In this document: piece by piece, positions 1-18,957 of the stretch
Position numbering within the stretch: position 1 is the first letter of the stretch
Layout: the number at the start of each line of letters is the position of its first letter
From: Candidatus Saccharimonadota bacterium
GTDB taxonomy: Bacteria > Pseudomonadota > Alphaproteobacteria > Rickettsiales > Anaplasmataceae
Assembly: GCF_013365475.1 (NCBI RefSeq)
Contig: NZ_CP046579.1
Location: forward strand, 750,001-782,000
DNA: 32,000 nucleotides
Direction of reading: 5' to 3'
Translations under genes and position numbers: made by a program
Notes under the pieces: model-generated
What the model saw: only the letters and a program-made list of their open reading frames with translations
What the model was told of the DNA's origin: nothing
Database searches by the model: none

Positions 1-1
1 A

Positions 2-217
2 GATACTTTACCAATAGAAGATAAAGTGAATAAAATATTAGCTACAATCGCTTGCTATGGATCAATTAGGGCTGGTAGAAAAATGGAGTTGGAGGAAATG
101 AATGTTTTGCTTAGGCAGATGGAAGAAACACCATACTCTGGTCAATGTAATCATGGAAGACCCTCTTATATAGAGGTGAAATTAAGTGATATTGAGAAAT
201 TGTTTAAGAGAAGGTGA
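2..217 (+). CDS. mutL: DNA mismatch repair protein MutL, C-terminal end (5' part lies outside the window)
   Basis: The frame is open from base 2 ([71 protein letters not shown]). This matches the conserved MutL C-terminal pattern ..AC..A(I/V)RAG..L...EM..LL......(C)xHGRP......L..E..F.R. The GTG at 26 in the ORF track is internal. Confidence 0.8.
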   Translation, partial: DTLPIEDKVNKILATIACYGSIRAGRKMELEEMNVLLRQMEETPYSGQCNHGRPSYIEVKLSDIEKLFKRR

Positions 218-627
218 AAGTTGTCAAAATGTATAAGCTTTTAGTGCTCTTTTCTAGTTCTTGATTTGATTTTACACTACCTGTACTTGCATTTTAGTTC
301 ATCTTTATCTAAAACTAATGATGTGCTTTTAAGATTTTAACAGTTATCTATTTAATATTCCTTTTATCTTTCCTTCTACCTTACAATTAACTACTTGTAA
401 ACTTGTAACTGGTTGTAATTATGGATTAGTATTTTTGCAACAAATGGATTATACTCGATGTAAGCTTAGATCCAATTCCTTTATTTTGAATCTTTAGTGC
501 TAAGCTGCTTAGATAATATCATAAGCCTAACCTTTGGATTAGTCATTTCATGACCTTTTCATGTCAAAGAACTTGTTTTTTAGAATGAACGACTTATACT
601 TCGTTAAATTGAAGTTTCTATATTAGA

Positions 628-1500
628 ATGAAGAGCTTAAAGGAGCTATCTTTAAGGATTAAAAATATTAAGTCCGTACAAAAAATTACAAGAATAATGC
701 AAATGGTTTCTGCAGCAAAGTTATTGCAAAGCCAAAAAAAGTTATCAAATTCAAAGTTGTATATATCCAAGCTACATAATATTATTTTTTCATTACTGGT
801 ATCAGTTAATCAAGAATCCTTAGTAAGGATTTTAAATATTGATAATAAAAATTTTTATCTTGTATTTATTATTGCATCTGATCGCGGTATGTGCGGCAGT
901 TTTAATTCTGCTATTGTGAAATTTAGTCAAGAATATATAAATAAATTAATTGTGAATGGTAAAAGAGTAGATGTAATATTTTTTGGTAAAAAAGCTTTTG
1001 ATATAGGTCAAAATAGGTTTGAACATAAATGTCTTTTGAGGGTTGAGAACAGCAAAGGAGTCACACTAAGAAATATAGAATCTTTAATTGACAGTGTTAA
1101 TTTCAGTAAATATAATAAAATTAAAGTTTTCTATAACAAGTTTTATAATGCTTTCACGCAAAAACCAGTATTAGAAACAATAAAGCCATGGAATAAAGAA
1201 TCGTCCTTGATTAATGATTCTCTGTTTGCTTCAATAGCAGATTATAGCTATGAATGTGAGCCACAAGATGCTAAATTTATTTTACAATATTTAACCAGAG
1301 ATTACGTTATAGCTGCTCTTTACTCTGCTTTGCTTGAAAGTGCAGTAAGTGAGAATAATGCTAGGATGGTTGCTATGGAATCAGCAAATAAGAATGCTAA
1401 AGAAATGCTGGATAAATTAGCTCTACTTTATAATCGTTCTCGTCAAACATCGATTACAACTGACTTGATAGAAGTTATAAGTGGTACAGAATTTTTATAG
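628..1500 (+). CDS. atpG: F1F0 ATP synthase gamma subunit
   Basis: 290 aa. The N-terminus ([29 protein letters not shown]) and C-terminus ([45 protein letters not shown]) are the hallmark gamma-subunit helices. Confidence 0.93.
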   Translation: MKSLKELSLRIKNIKSVQKITRIMQMVSAAKLLQSQKKLSNSKLYISKLHNIIFSLLVSVNQESLVRILNIDNKNFYLVFIIASDRGMCGSFNSAIVKFSQEYINKLIVNGKRVDVIFFGKKAFDIGQNRFEHKCLLRVENSKGVTLRNIESLIDSVNFSKYNKIKVFYNKFYNAFTQKPVLETIKPWNKESSLINDSLFASIADYSYECEPQDAKFILQYLTRDYVIAALYSALLESAVSENNARMVAMESANKNAKEMLDKLALLYNRSRQTSITTDLIEVISGTEFL

Positions 1501-1517
1501 AAACTTAAAGGTAAGGT

Positions 1518-2852
1518 ATGGATATACTAAATATTGTAGCAGATATTATAAAACTAATAAAAAAACAAAACCAAGATGCAGAAGTTTTAGTATACGAGAT
1601 TAACAAGATCTCAGTTTCCCAACGTCTATCAAAAATTGAGCAAACATCACAATCTAAAAATTGTACTGTAGGAATAAGAGCTATAGCAAATAAGACCCAG
1701 TCTGCATGTGTTTCTACAAATGATTTAAGCAATCTTAGTAATACTGTAAGTCAAGTAGTAGAAATGGCAAAAAATGCTCCAAAAGATCCTTTCATTAATT
1801 TTGCTATAAATATGGATAGCTATTCTTTTTCTGCAGATTTAGGCATTCTAGATAAAAATGCTGTAACTCTTTTTGATTTAAAAAGAGTTGTTGAAACCAC
1901 AGAAAATTCAGCTCTTTCGTATAAGAAAATAGTCAACTCTGAAGGAGCTTCTGCTTCATATACTTTAGTAAATACAGTGTTATCTACTGTTTCTGGTTTT
2001 ATCGGTTCGTTTAGTAAATCAACCTTTACTAACCTGATTTCTGTTGTTGCTGGGAAAGGAGGCGAGATGAAGGTTGGTTATAGTTACGATGTAGCATGTA
2101 ATTTCAGAGATCTAAAACCTCCAGAATTAATAGGGAAAGAGGCAGCAAAAAGGGCAGTTAATCAATTGAATTCACGTCCAATTAAAACTGGAAAGTTTCC
2201 AGTGATTTTTGAAAAAAGAGCAGCAAAAGAGCTAGTAAAAAGTTTTGCTTCTGCTATAAATGGCACTAATATCATAAGTAACAGCTCTTTCTTAGGGAAT
2301 AGTTTAAATACTCAGGTTTTTAATGATAAAGTTAATATTATCGATAATCCATTATTACCAAAGGGCACAGAATCAAGACCTTTTGATGGAGAAGGGATAG
2401 TTAGTAGGAAAAATACACTTGTAAAGGATGGAGTACTACAAAATTGGATTTTAGATCTATATTCAGCTAAGAAATTAAACTTAGAAACAACCGGAAATGC
2501 GATGCGCGTAAGTAATGCTGCAATTATTCCTGAAGCTAGCAATTTCTATATAGAAAATGGCAATGTATTATTTGAAGAATTAATTAAGGAAGTAAAAACT
2601 GGTGTATATGTAACTGATTTATTTAGCTTTGGTGTTAATTTAGTAAATGGTGATTACAGTCAAGGTGCATCAGGATTTTTCATAGAAAATGGAGAGATAG
2701 CTTATCCAGTGCATGAAATCGCTGTTGCTGGTAATTTAAAAGATATGTTTAGTAATTTAGTTATTGCAAATGATTTAACTTTTTGTGGACAATTTAATTC
2801 GCCGACAATTAAAGTTAACGAAATGACAGTTGCAGGTTCTCTTAGTAATTAG
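1518..2852 (+). CDS. pmbA: PmbA/TldE-family metalloprotease modulator (TldD/PmbA family)
   Basis: 444 aa. The C-terminal block GDYSQGASGFFIENGEIAYPVHEIAVAGNLKDMF is typical of the PmbA/TldD family. No HExxxGH motif is present, which favours PmbA over TldD. An AAGG Shine-Dalgarno-like element lies just upstream, 17 nt after the atpG stop. Confidence 0.85.
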   Translation: MDILNIVADIIKLIKKQNQDAEVLVYEINKISVSQRLSKIEQTSQSKNCTVGIRAIANKTQSACVSTNDLSNLSNTVSQVVEMAKNAPKDPFINFAINMDSYSFSADLGILDKNAVTLFDLKRVVETTENSALSYKKIVNSEGASASYTLVNTVLSTVSGFIGSFSKSTFTNLISVVAGKGGEMKVGYSYDVACNFRDLKPPELIGKEAAKRAVNQLNSRPIKTGKFPVIFEKRAAKELVKSFASAINGTNIISNSSFLGNSLNTQVFNDKVNIIDNPLLPKGTESRPFDGEGIVSRKNTLVKDGVLQNWILDLYSAKKLNLETTGNAMRVSNAAIIPEASNFYIENGNVLFEELIKEVKTGVYVTDLFSFGVNLVNGDYSQGASGFFIENGEIAYPVHEIAVAGNLKDMFSNLVIANDLTFCGQFNSPTIKVNEMTVAGSLSN

Positions 2853-2925
2853 AAAATTTATTTGCATTAAATACGATAATTATGTACTATGAGCTCATAG
2901 TGTTATTGATAGACTATGAAGTATA

Positions 2926-2962
2926 GAAGCTTAGTTTTAATAACTGAGCTTCTGATATTTTC
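2926..2962 (+). terminator. Candidate rho-independent terminator downstream of pmbA
   Basis: The arm GAAGCTTAGTT (2926-2936) pairs with AACTGAGCTTC (2942-2952): 11 bp including one G-U pair, with a 5-nt loop TTAAT. It is followed by TGATATTTTC and starts 74 nt after the pmbA stop. Confidence 0.4.
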
Positions 2963-3026
2963 AATTGTAAATTGAAAAGTTTTTATCATATTAGCAACAT
3001 GTTTAACAGTTTTAGGAGTTATTTAA

Positions 3027-3287
3027 ATGGAATTTGGTAATATAAAGTGGTTTAATGCTGAAAAAGGTTATGGTTTTATTAAGCCAGAAACTAAAGGTAG
3101 TGATGTTTTTGTACATATTAGTACGTTAGAACGTTCAGGGATAAGACCAGATTTACTTAGAGGAGAAAATAAGGAAAAAGGAATAAAAGGAGAAAGGGTA
3201 AGTTATGAACTCAGAGAAGAGCGTGGTAAGAATGGAGAAGAGAAAAAATCTGCAATAAATTTAAAGTTGTTAGAGAACGGGTTTTAA
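3027..3287 (+). CDS. Cold-shock domain protein (CspA family) with internal Lys/Glu-rich insertions
   Basis: 86 aa. RNP1 (KGYGFI) and RNP2 (VFVHI) motifs are present and the protein starts [14 protein letters not shown] strong AGGAG Shine-Dalgarno element sits 8 nt upstream of the ATG. It is longer than the roughly 70-aa canonical Csp because of the segments [15 protein letters not shown] and [12 protein letters not shown]. Confidence 0.88.
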   Translation: MEFGNIKWFNAEKGYGFIKPETKGSDVFVHISTLERSGIRPDLLRGENKEKGIKGERVSYELREERGKNGEEKKSAINLKLLENGF

Positions 3288-4543
3288 TGATAATAGCTTT
3301 TAATAAAGCCGTGAGTAGCTTTCATGAAATGGATCTTCCAGTTTCGCTTAAACAAGTTTTAGATAAACGTAATCTTTTAGTCCCCACTCTAATTCAAACA
3401 CAGGCAATCCCTCTAGCTCTACAAGGAAGGGACATCCTTGGTTCTGCTAGAACAGGAACTGGAAAAACCTTAGCATTTGCTATTCCGTTAATTGCTAAGC
3501 TATTAAATAGCTTTAGTGTCAATTCAGCTTTAATTATTGTACCAACTAGAGAGCTTGCGCATCAGGTGACAAATGAAATAAGAAAGCTCTTATTTAGAAA
3601 TTCTGTGTTAAAGATTGCTTTACTAATTGGTGGTGAGCATATTTTAAAGCAGCTAAATCAACTTCGGGAAAATCCGCAAATTATAATAGGTACTCCTGGT
3701 CGCATTATAGATCATATTGAACGTGAAACTTTAATGGTCCACAATGTTAATACTCTTGTGCTTGATGAAATGGATCGTATATTTGACATGGGCTTTGGGA
3801 CCCAAATTGAAGATATTATGAGGTTCATTCCAAGAATGCGGCAAACCCTCATGTTTTCTGCAACCCTTCCTGGTAATATAGTAAAGCTTGCTGCGAGATA
3901 TCTTGACCATCCTGAGCATATTTCTATTAAGTATGAATTTGCAATTTCTACAAGAGTTAAGCAAGAAGTCATTTATGTGTCAGAGCTAGAAAAATATGGT
4001 AAACTTATTACGCAATTATGTCAGCGTAAGGGATCAATCATTATTTTTGTTAAAACAAAACGAGGAGCAGATCAATTAGCTAATAGGTTACGCAAAGATA
4101 ACTATAGTGCGTTAGCAATTCATGGTGATTTGAAGCAGCATAAACGTGAAAAAGTTATCAACTCCTTTCGTTGCGGACACAATCAAATTATGGTTGCAAC
4201 GGATGTTGCTTCTCGTGGTCTTGATATTCCTCATATTCAACACGTTATCAATTATGATATACCACAATCACAAGCTGACTATATTCACAGGGTAGGCAGA
4301 ACAGCACGAGCTGGAGCTGAAGGATATGCATTATCTTTTATTACACCTCAAGATAAGAGTAGATTACCTACACTTTTAAATGCAGAAGGTAGTCTAAACT
4401 TTGATTGCAATGCACAATTTGAAAAATATAATGGTAGAAAGTTTTTTAAAAGATCAAGTGTGCATAAAACTAAATGTGGTAATAAAAATCCTTTTAAGGA
4501 AAAAGGCATGGCACTACAAAAGTCGCGCTCTTTTATTCTTTAA
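3287..4543 (+). CDS. DEAD-box ATP-dependent RNA helicase (RhlE/DeaD-like)
   Basis: 418 aa. Motifs present: Q motif PTLIQ, motif I ARTGTGKT, Ia PTRELA, Ib TPGR, II DEMD, III SAT, V ATDVASRGLDI, VI HRVGRTARAG, plus a basic C-terminal tail. Its ATG overlaps the csp stop codon (TAATG). Confidence 0.9.
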   Translation: MIIAFNKAVSSFHEMDLPVSLKQVLDKRNLLVPTLIQTQAIPLALQGRDILGSARTGTGKTLAFAIPLIAKLLNSFSVNSALIIVPTRELAHQVTNEIRKLLFRNSVLKIALLIGGEHILKQLNQLRENPQIIIGTPGRIIDHIERETLMVHNVNTLVLDEMDRIFDMGFGTQIEDIMRFIPRMRQTLMFSATLPGNIVKLAARYLDHPEHISIKYEFAISTRVKQEVIYVSELEKYGKLITQLCQRKGSIIIFVKTKRGADQLANRLRKDNYSALAIHGDLKQHKREKVINSFRCGHNQIMVATDVASRGLDIPHIQHVINYDIPQSQADYIHRVGRTARAGAEGYALSFITPQDKSRLPTLLNAEGSLNFDCNAQFEKYNGRKFFKRSSVHKTKCGNKNPFKEKGMALQKSRSFIL

Positions 4544-4810
4544 GACGCTAAAGATGTAAGATATAATTTTATATTTAAAATATACTTATAAATGCTCATT
4601 ACACTAATGTCACATATGAACTAAAGAATTGTATTCTGTTCATAGAATTAGTTATTCAAATAAGTAATTCATATTTAAATAAACTTTCTTTTATTGCATC
4701 TTAAAAAATTGACCTAGTATTTTTAATGTTACGCCAGACGCTTTTCAAGATACGAAAGTTTTTCTCTCCTTTCCAATTTGCAGGAATTCTTCTAATAAGA
4801 ACTGCATAGT

Positions 4811-5593
4811 TTAATTATAAGGAGGAAAGTGCAAATTTTTGGGAGATAATGTAAATATTTCAACACCATCTTTTGTTACTCCAAGCGTATGCTCAAATTG
4901 CGCAGAAAGTGAAAGGTCACATGTTGTTACTGTCCAGCCATCAAACCTACTGAGCAAAGTTTCATGCCTTCCTATATTGATCATAGGCTCTATTGTGAAA
5001 AACATACCCTCCTTTAAGATAAGATTTTCGTCTCTATCATAAAAATGCAATACGTTTGGCAAGGCATGAAAAACTTTTCCTATACCATGGCCGCAATAGT
5101 TACGTACTATAGAGTATCCAAAATCTTCAATATATTTTTCTATAGCAAGTCCTATTTTATTCAATTTGTTGCCAGGCTTAACTTGCCTTATTGCTTCCAT
5201 CAATGCTCCATAAGTAGCATCACATAAGCGCATTGCTTTTATTGATGGTTTGCCAACCCAAAACATACGGCTTGTATCGCCATACCAGCCATCTAAAATT
5301 ACTGTAACATCTATATTTAAAATATCCCCGCTCTTGAGTGGCTTATTATCTGGAATACCATGACAAACAACAGAATTTTTTGAGGTACAGATTGATTTTG
5401 GATATCCCTTATAATTAAGTGTAGCTGAAGTTGCACCTGCTTTAGTTATAAAGTCATGACATAAGTCATTTAGCTCATTAGTTGTTATCCCTACTTCTAC
5501 GTAAGGTGCAATAAAATCAAGAGTTTCAGCTGCTAACCTACCAGCTTTACGCATAAAGCCAAAGTCTTCTTTGGAATGTATAGTTATATTCAT
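4811..5593 (-). CDS. map: Methionine aminopeptidase, type I
   Basis: MNITIHSKEDFGFMRKAGRLAAETLDFI aligns from residue 1 with the canonical MAP N-terminus (E. coli MAISIKTPEDIEKMRVAGRLAAEVL). Metal-ligand context is present (DVTV..DGWYGD, GHGIG, FTIEP, EHT). The ORF track starts 9 codons earlier, at 5620, which remains an alternative start. Confidence 0.9.
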   Translation of the reverse strand: MNITIHSKEDFGFMRKAGRLAAETLDFIAPYVEVGITTNELNDLCHDFITKAGATSATLNYKGYPKSICTSKNSVVCHGIPDNKPLKSGDILNIDVTVILDGWYGDTSRMFWVGKPSIKAMRLCDATYGALMEAIRQVKPGNKLNKIGLAIEKYIEDFGYSIVRNYCGHGIGKVFHALPNVLHFYDRDENLILKEGMFFTIEPMINIGRHETLLSRFDGWTVTTCDLSLSAQFEHTLGVTKDGVEIFTLSPKNLHFPPYN

Positions 5594-5991
5594 ATTTTTA
5601 TATGTTACTGTAATTATCATAACACTTCTATGCAGAATTAATAGTTTTACTCATCTTGTTATCAGAGTAAGTTCCTAACGTACAGTTATACAAATTAAAG
5701 TAGGCCATTGAAATGGTAATTCTAGATTATGGATAAAAAAGAAAGAATGAAAGAATCATAGTTTTAGTTTCAGCACTCAAGACGGAAAATTAATATCCAT
5801 CTAAACTTGAGTAGTAAGCGTTTAAAAAATAGATTTATTAAACTTGATAAAGTTTGAAAATATCAACAGATAAGCTGTATAGTGTATATAGCAAAACCCG
5901 ACTTTGTTAAAAGAACTAAAGTTTGTTAGTAGTTTATTAAAAACATGGCTCAAAATTGTAAATTTATTGTTTTGATGCTTATCATAATTAT

Positions 5992-14523
<8,532 letters not shown>

Positions 14524-14567
14524 TCAAAATTAACTGAAAATACCGCACCAATATAGAATTAAGTACC

Positions 14568-15520
<953 letters not shown>

Positions 15521-15531
15521 TACGTTATTCC

Positions 15532-16197
15532 CTAACTATTAACTATATCTTCTATTCTGCCTATTTTATAAGCTTTGCCCATGGTCGAATTTAAAAAGAC
15601 ATTTTTAAAATACATCCCTTTCGCAGAAGCAGGCTTATTATTTTTAATTGCTTTGAGAAAAGCTTTTAAATTCTCTAACAAGTCATCAACGGTGAACTTT
15701 ATATTTCCTAATTTACCATGAATAATACCATTTTTATCTGTTCTAAATCTTACTTGACCAGACTTGATAGTTTCAATAGCTCTTACAATATTAGAAGTTA
15801 CAGTGCCAAATTTAGGATTAGGCATTAACCCTTTAGCATTTAATACTTTTGCGATTGGAGTGATCTTTGCTACAAAGTCAGGAGTAGTAATACACCAATC
15901 AACGTCTAGCTTTCTACCTTTTTTTATCTCCTCAACTAAATCCTGTCCTCCTATAACATCGGCGCTAACCTTTTCAGCTTCTGATAAGTAGTTGCTTTGA
16001 GCAAGAACAGCTACCTTAATATCTTTTCCAATACCTTTAGGCAAAACTACTGTACCGCGTATCTGCTCGTCAAATTTATGTGAATCTACACCTAGATTGA
16101 CTGTAATATCAATTGATTCATCAAATTTTGCTGTAGCAGACTCAATAACCTTCTCTAAGCACTGTTTTGGATTATCGTAATGATAATGTGTACTCAT
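15532..16197 (-). CDS. rplA: 50S ribosomal protein L1
   Basis: 221 aa. L1 signatures are present: [64 protein letters not shown]. Confidence 0.93.
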   Translation of the reverse strand: MSTHYHYDNPKQCLEKVIESATAKFDESIDITVNLGVDSHKFDEQIRGTVVLPKGIGKDIKVAVLAQSNYLSEAEKVSADVIGGQDLVEEIKKGRKLDVDWCITTPDFVAKITPIAKVLNAKGLMPNPKFGTVTSNIVRAIETIKSGQVRFRTDKNGIIHGKLGNIKFTVDDLLENLKAFLKAIKNNKPASAKGMYFKNVFLNSTMGKAYKIGRIEDIVNS

Positions 16198-16201
16198 ATT
16201 T

Positions 16202-16642
16202 CTAACTCCCTATAACTTCTATACCCATAGATTTAGCAGTGCCTATAACCATCTTTACTGCTGAATTTTCGTCACTCACTTTCATATCAACCATTTTATA
16301 CCTTGCTATCTTAATTATAGCAGAAGTAGGTAATTTAACCACCAATTCTTTCCCTGGCTCACGAGAACCTTTACTCAATTTGGCTTCTTGTTTTAGCAGG
16401 TATGTTACGGGTGGGCCGCTGATAATAAAGCTGTGAGAACGATCATCTTTTACAAAAATTCGTACTGTTACTAGATCACCAATTTTATAACTGGTATTAA
16501 TTGTACTAGTCACTTTGTTAAAAGCTTCGCAGAATTTTGGAATTGATATACCACGTGGACCAAGCACTGAAGCAATCTTTGGACCAGGGACTGCTTTTCC
16601 TGCTTCCATTAATAAGTTAATCTTAGCAATTACGATACTCAT
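16202..16642 (-). CDS. rplK: 50S ribosomal protein L11
   Basis: 146 aa. [36 protein letters not shown] is the canonical L11 N-terminal domain. The gene starts 2 nt after nusG. Confidence 0.93.
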   Translation of the reverse strand: MSIVIAKINLLMEAGKAVPGPKIASVLGPRGISIPKFCEAFNKVTSTINTSYKIGDLVTVRIFVKDDRSHSFIISGPPVTYLLKQEAKLSKGSREPGKELVVKLPTSAIIKIARYKMVDMKVSDENSAVKMVIGTAKSMGIEVIGS

Positions 16643-16644
16643 AT

Positions 16645-17475
16645 TTAATTCTCTACTTTCTCTACTTGGGTTAGATCCAACTCTATTATTGTTGGCTTGC
16701 CTAAGATTGATACTTCTACGTTAATAATTTTTTTTTCATCATTAATCATATCTACCTTACCAGTAAAATTTTGAAAAAGACCATCATTAATTTTTACTTT
16801 TTCTCCTTTTTCATAGCCATGATCTAATTTTTTCTTCTCTTGAGCATTATAGAGTGCATTACACATTAAGTAAATCTCATCATTAGAAATTACCTTAGGA
16901 ACGTTACCATTTTTTAAAAATCCATGAACTTTAAGGGATTTTGGTATGTTGTTAACGAAATTTAATACATCATCACACAAATTTGCACATAAAAAAACAT
17001 ACCCAGGGAAGCACTTCTTTCGCGTGGCAGTTTTTTTGAGCCTTAATTCTGATTCATTTGGTTCTTCATATGGGATAAAAACTTTCTTAAAGTAGCTACT
17101 GACTCCCAATCTGATAGAATTTTCTAATATATGTTGGCATACTTTCTCTTCATAATTAGAAATAACCCTTAAGATATACCATTTATATTTATCAAATTCC
17201 TTGCGCTTAATACTTACTTCATCATCTAGAACTTCTTTAAAATCACTAGATTCAACACCACAGCACTTCAATGTTTGGTTTAATATACTTTTACTTTCAT
17301 CGCACAGGTGCATATACATATATACTTCGTATAACTCTTGTGTATCAGATTTTAAACTGTACGTCATTTGATGAGGGATAAATATCTCTTTAAAATAAGG
17401 CATATTACTTACTAATTCACGTAAATGTTTTTCATGTCCATAATTAACTTTGATGATGTACCATTTATATTCCAT
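16645..17475 (-). CDS. nusG: Transcription termination/antitermination factor NusG, unusually long (extra N-terminal NGN-like repeat)
   Basis: 276 aa. The C-terminal KOW domain (GEKVKINDGLFQNFTGKVDMINDEKKIINVEVSILGKPTIIELDLTQVEKV) is preceded by an NGN domain (YKWYILRVISNYEEKV...FPGYVFLCANL). A second, more degenerate NGN-like copy lies at aa 3 to about 95. The start overlaps the secE stop by 11 nt. Confidence 0.88.
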   Translation of the reverse strand: MEYKWYIIKVNYGHEKHLRELVSNMPYFKEIFIPHQMTYSLKSDTQELYEVYMYMHLCDESKSILNQTLKCCGVESSDFKEVLDDEVSIKRKEFDKYKWYILRVISNYEEKVCQHILENSIRLGVSSYFKKVFIPYEEPNESELRLKKTATRKKCFPGYVFLCANLCDDVLNFVNNIPKSLKVHGFLKNGNVPKVISNDEIYLMCNALYNAQEKKKLDHGYEKGEKVKINDGLFQNFTGKVDMINDEKKIINVEVSILGKPTIIELDLTQVEKVEN

Positions 17476-17665
17476 AGAAGATTCCGAACAAAGCCTTAAT
17501 TGTATAAAAAGATATAAAATCTACTAAACAAAAAAAAACTAAAAAGCATAGTATAACTCCTGCTATGACAAATAAAGAAGAGAATACCTCTTGCTTTTTT
17601 GCCCAGGTAACTTTTTTTATTTCTTGCTTTATACCACAAAAGAAACTATTTAAACTTTTTAACAT
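17465..17665 (-). CDS. secE: Preprotein translocase subunit SecE
   Basis: 66 aa. The motif IKQEIKKVTWAKKQEV is followed by a single hydrophobic transmembrane helix. It sits in the conserved position directly upstream of nusG. Confidence 0.85.
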   Translation of the reverse strand: MLKSLNSFFCGIKQEIKKVTWAKKQEVFSSLFVIAGVILCFLVFFCLVDFISFYTIKALFGIFYGI

Positions 17666-17684
17666 ACCTAATACAATATTAATG

Positions 17685-17757
17685 CAGGAGCGATAGGGAT
17701 TGAACCTACAACCTCTGGTTTTGGAGACCAGTGCTCTACCAATTAAGCTACACTCCT
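17685..17757 (-). tRNA. trnW: tRNA-Trp (anticodon CCA)
   Basis: The reverse complement folds as a cloverleaf: AGGAGTG TA GCTT AATTGGTA GAGC A CTGGT CTCCAAA ACCAG AGGTT GTAGG TTCAATC CCTAT CGCTCCT G. The acceptor stem has 7 bp (one G-U), the anticodon loop is CT-CCA-AA, and the 3' CCA is not encoded. Confidence 0.92.
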
Positions 17758-17772
17758 ATAGCTAAAACTTTT

Positions 17773-18945
17773 TTACTCAAGAATTTCAGAAACAACACCG
17801 GAACCAACAGTTCTACCGCCTTCTCTTACTGCAAAACGTAATCCCTTATCCAGCGCTACTGGTGCTTGTAATTCTACCTCTATACTTACATTATCACCTG
17901 GCATCACCATTTCTTTGCCTCCTAACAATTTTATACTTCCTGTTACATCTGTAGTTCTTATATAAAACTGTGGTTGGTAATTTTCAAAAAATGGAGTATG
18001 CCTTCCTCCTTCCTCTTTCTTCAATACATATACTTCTGCTTTAAACTTCTGATGTGGTGTTATTGTACTTGGCTTTGATAATACTTGACCCCTCTCTACT
18101 TCTTCTCTTTTTATTCCTCTTAAGAGGATCCCAACATTCAGTCCAGCAGACCCCTTATCTAGGCACTTCTTGAACATTTCTACCCCTGTACATATTGTCT
18201 TCCGCGTTGCTTTCAACCCTACTATCTCGATCTCTTCGCCTGTCTTTATTTCTCCCTTCTCTATTCTTCCTGTCACTACCGTTCCACGCCCAGGTATTGA
18301 AAATACATCTTCAATTGGCATTAGAAACGGCAAATCTACAGGCCTTGGAGGAACTGCTACATATTCATCCAACTTTTCCATCAACTTTCCTATTGATTTC
18401 TTCCCATACTCATTACCTTCATCTTCTAATGCTTTTAATGCAGACCCAATCACTACAGGAACATCATCACCGGGAAATTCATACTTACTCAGCAATTCTC
18501 TAACTTCCATTTCTACTAAACCAATCATATCATGATCAGCTACATCAGCTTTGTTTATGTACACAACGATATACTTAACACCAACTTGCTTTGCAAGTAA
18601 TATATGTTCTCTTGTTTGTGGCATTGGCCCGTCAACTCCAGATACTACTAATATCGCTGCATCCATCTGTGCTGCACCTACTATCATATTCTTCACATAG
18701 TCAGCGTGTCCAGGACAATCAACATGTGCATAGTGCCTCTTATCTGTCTCATACTCAACATGTGCTGTTGCTATCGTTATTCCCCTCTTTCTCTCTTCAG
18801 GTGCCTTATCTATTTGATCATACGCTATGAAATGCCCATAATACTTCGTTATCGCTGCCGTTAACGTTGTTTTCCCGTGATCTACGTGCCCTATTGTTCC
18901 CACATTTACATGCGGCTTGCCAAATGCTTCTACTATCTGTGTCAT
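17773..18945 (-). CDS. tuf: Translation elongation factor Tu
   Basis: 390 aa. GTPase motifs are [18 protein letters not shown] and NKAD. The C-terminus ([20 protein letters not shown]) is canonical. An AAGGA Shine-Dalgarno element lies upstream. Confidence 0.97.
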   Translation of the reverse strand: MTQIVEAFGKPHVNVGTIGHVDHGKTTLTAAITKYYGHFIAYDQIDKAPEERKRGITIATAHVEYETDKRHYAHVDCPGHADYVKNMIVGAAQMDAAILVVSGVDGPMPQTREHILLAKQVGVKYIVVYINKADVADHDMIGLVEMEVRELLSKYEFPGDDVPVVIGSALKALEDEGNEYGKKSIGKLMEKLDEYVAVPPRPVDLPFLMPIEDVFSIPGRGTVVTGRIEKGEIKTGEEIEIVGLKATRKTICTGVEMFKKCLDKGSAGLNVGILLRGIKREEVERGQVLSKPSTITPHQKFKAEVYVLKKEEGGRHTPFFENYQPQFYIRTTDVTGSIKLLGGKEMVMPGDNVSIEVELQAPVALDKGLRFAVREGGRTVGSGVVSEILE

Positions 18946-18957
18946 AGGCTATTATCC

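Noticed and set aside
218-627. 410-bp spacer between mutL and atpG, checked for small ORFs, repeats and RNA motifs
   Set aside because: It holds only very short ORFs (for example MYKLLVLFSSS). I saw no convincing stem-loops, repeats or conserved RNA signatures, so nothing in it is reportable beyond probably containing the atpG promoter.
1505-5227. Small antisense ORFs 1505-1732, 2312-2542, 3712-3972, 3731-3964, 4839-5042 and 5045-5227
   Set aside because: Each overlaps a confidently assigned gene (pmbA, the helicase, map) on the opposite strand and has no motif content.
5621-5991. 370-bp spacer between rpoBC and map, checked for a terminator or a small gene
   Set aside because: No hairpin with a T-tract stronger than 4-5 bp was found. 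The only ORFs are 26 aa or shorter with no recognisable features.
18170-18830. Three overlapping plus-strand ORFs (18170-18535, 18195-18503, 18591-18830) opposite tuf
   Set aside because: They are antisense to highly conserved EF-Tu. The biased codon composition of tuf suppresses stop codons on the opposite strand. The translations are Ser/Leu/Pro/His-rich with no motifs.
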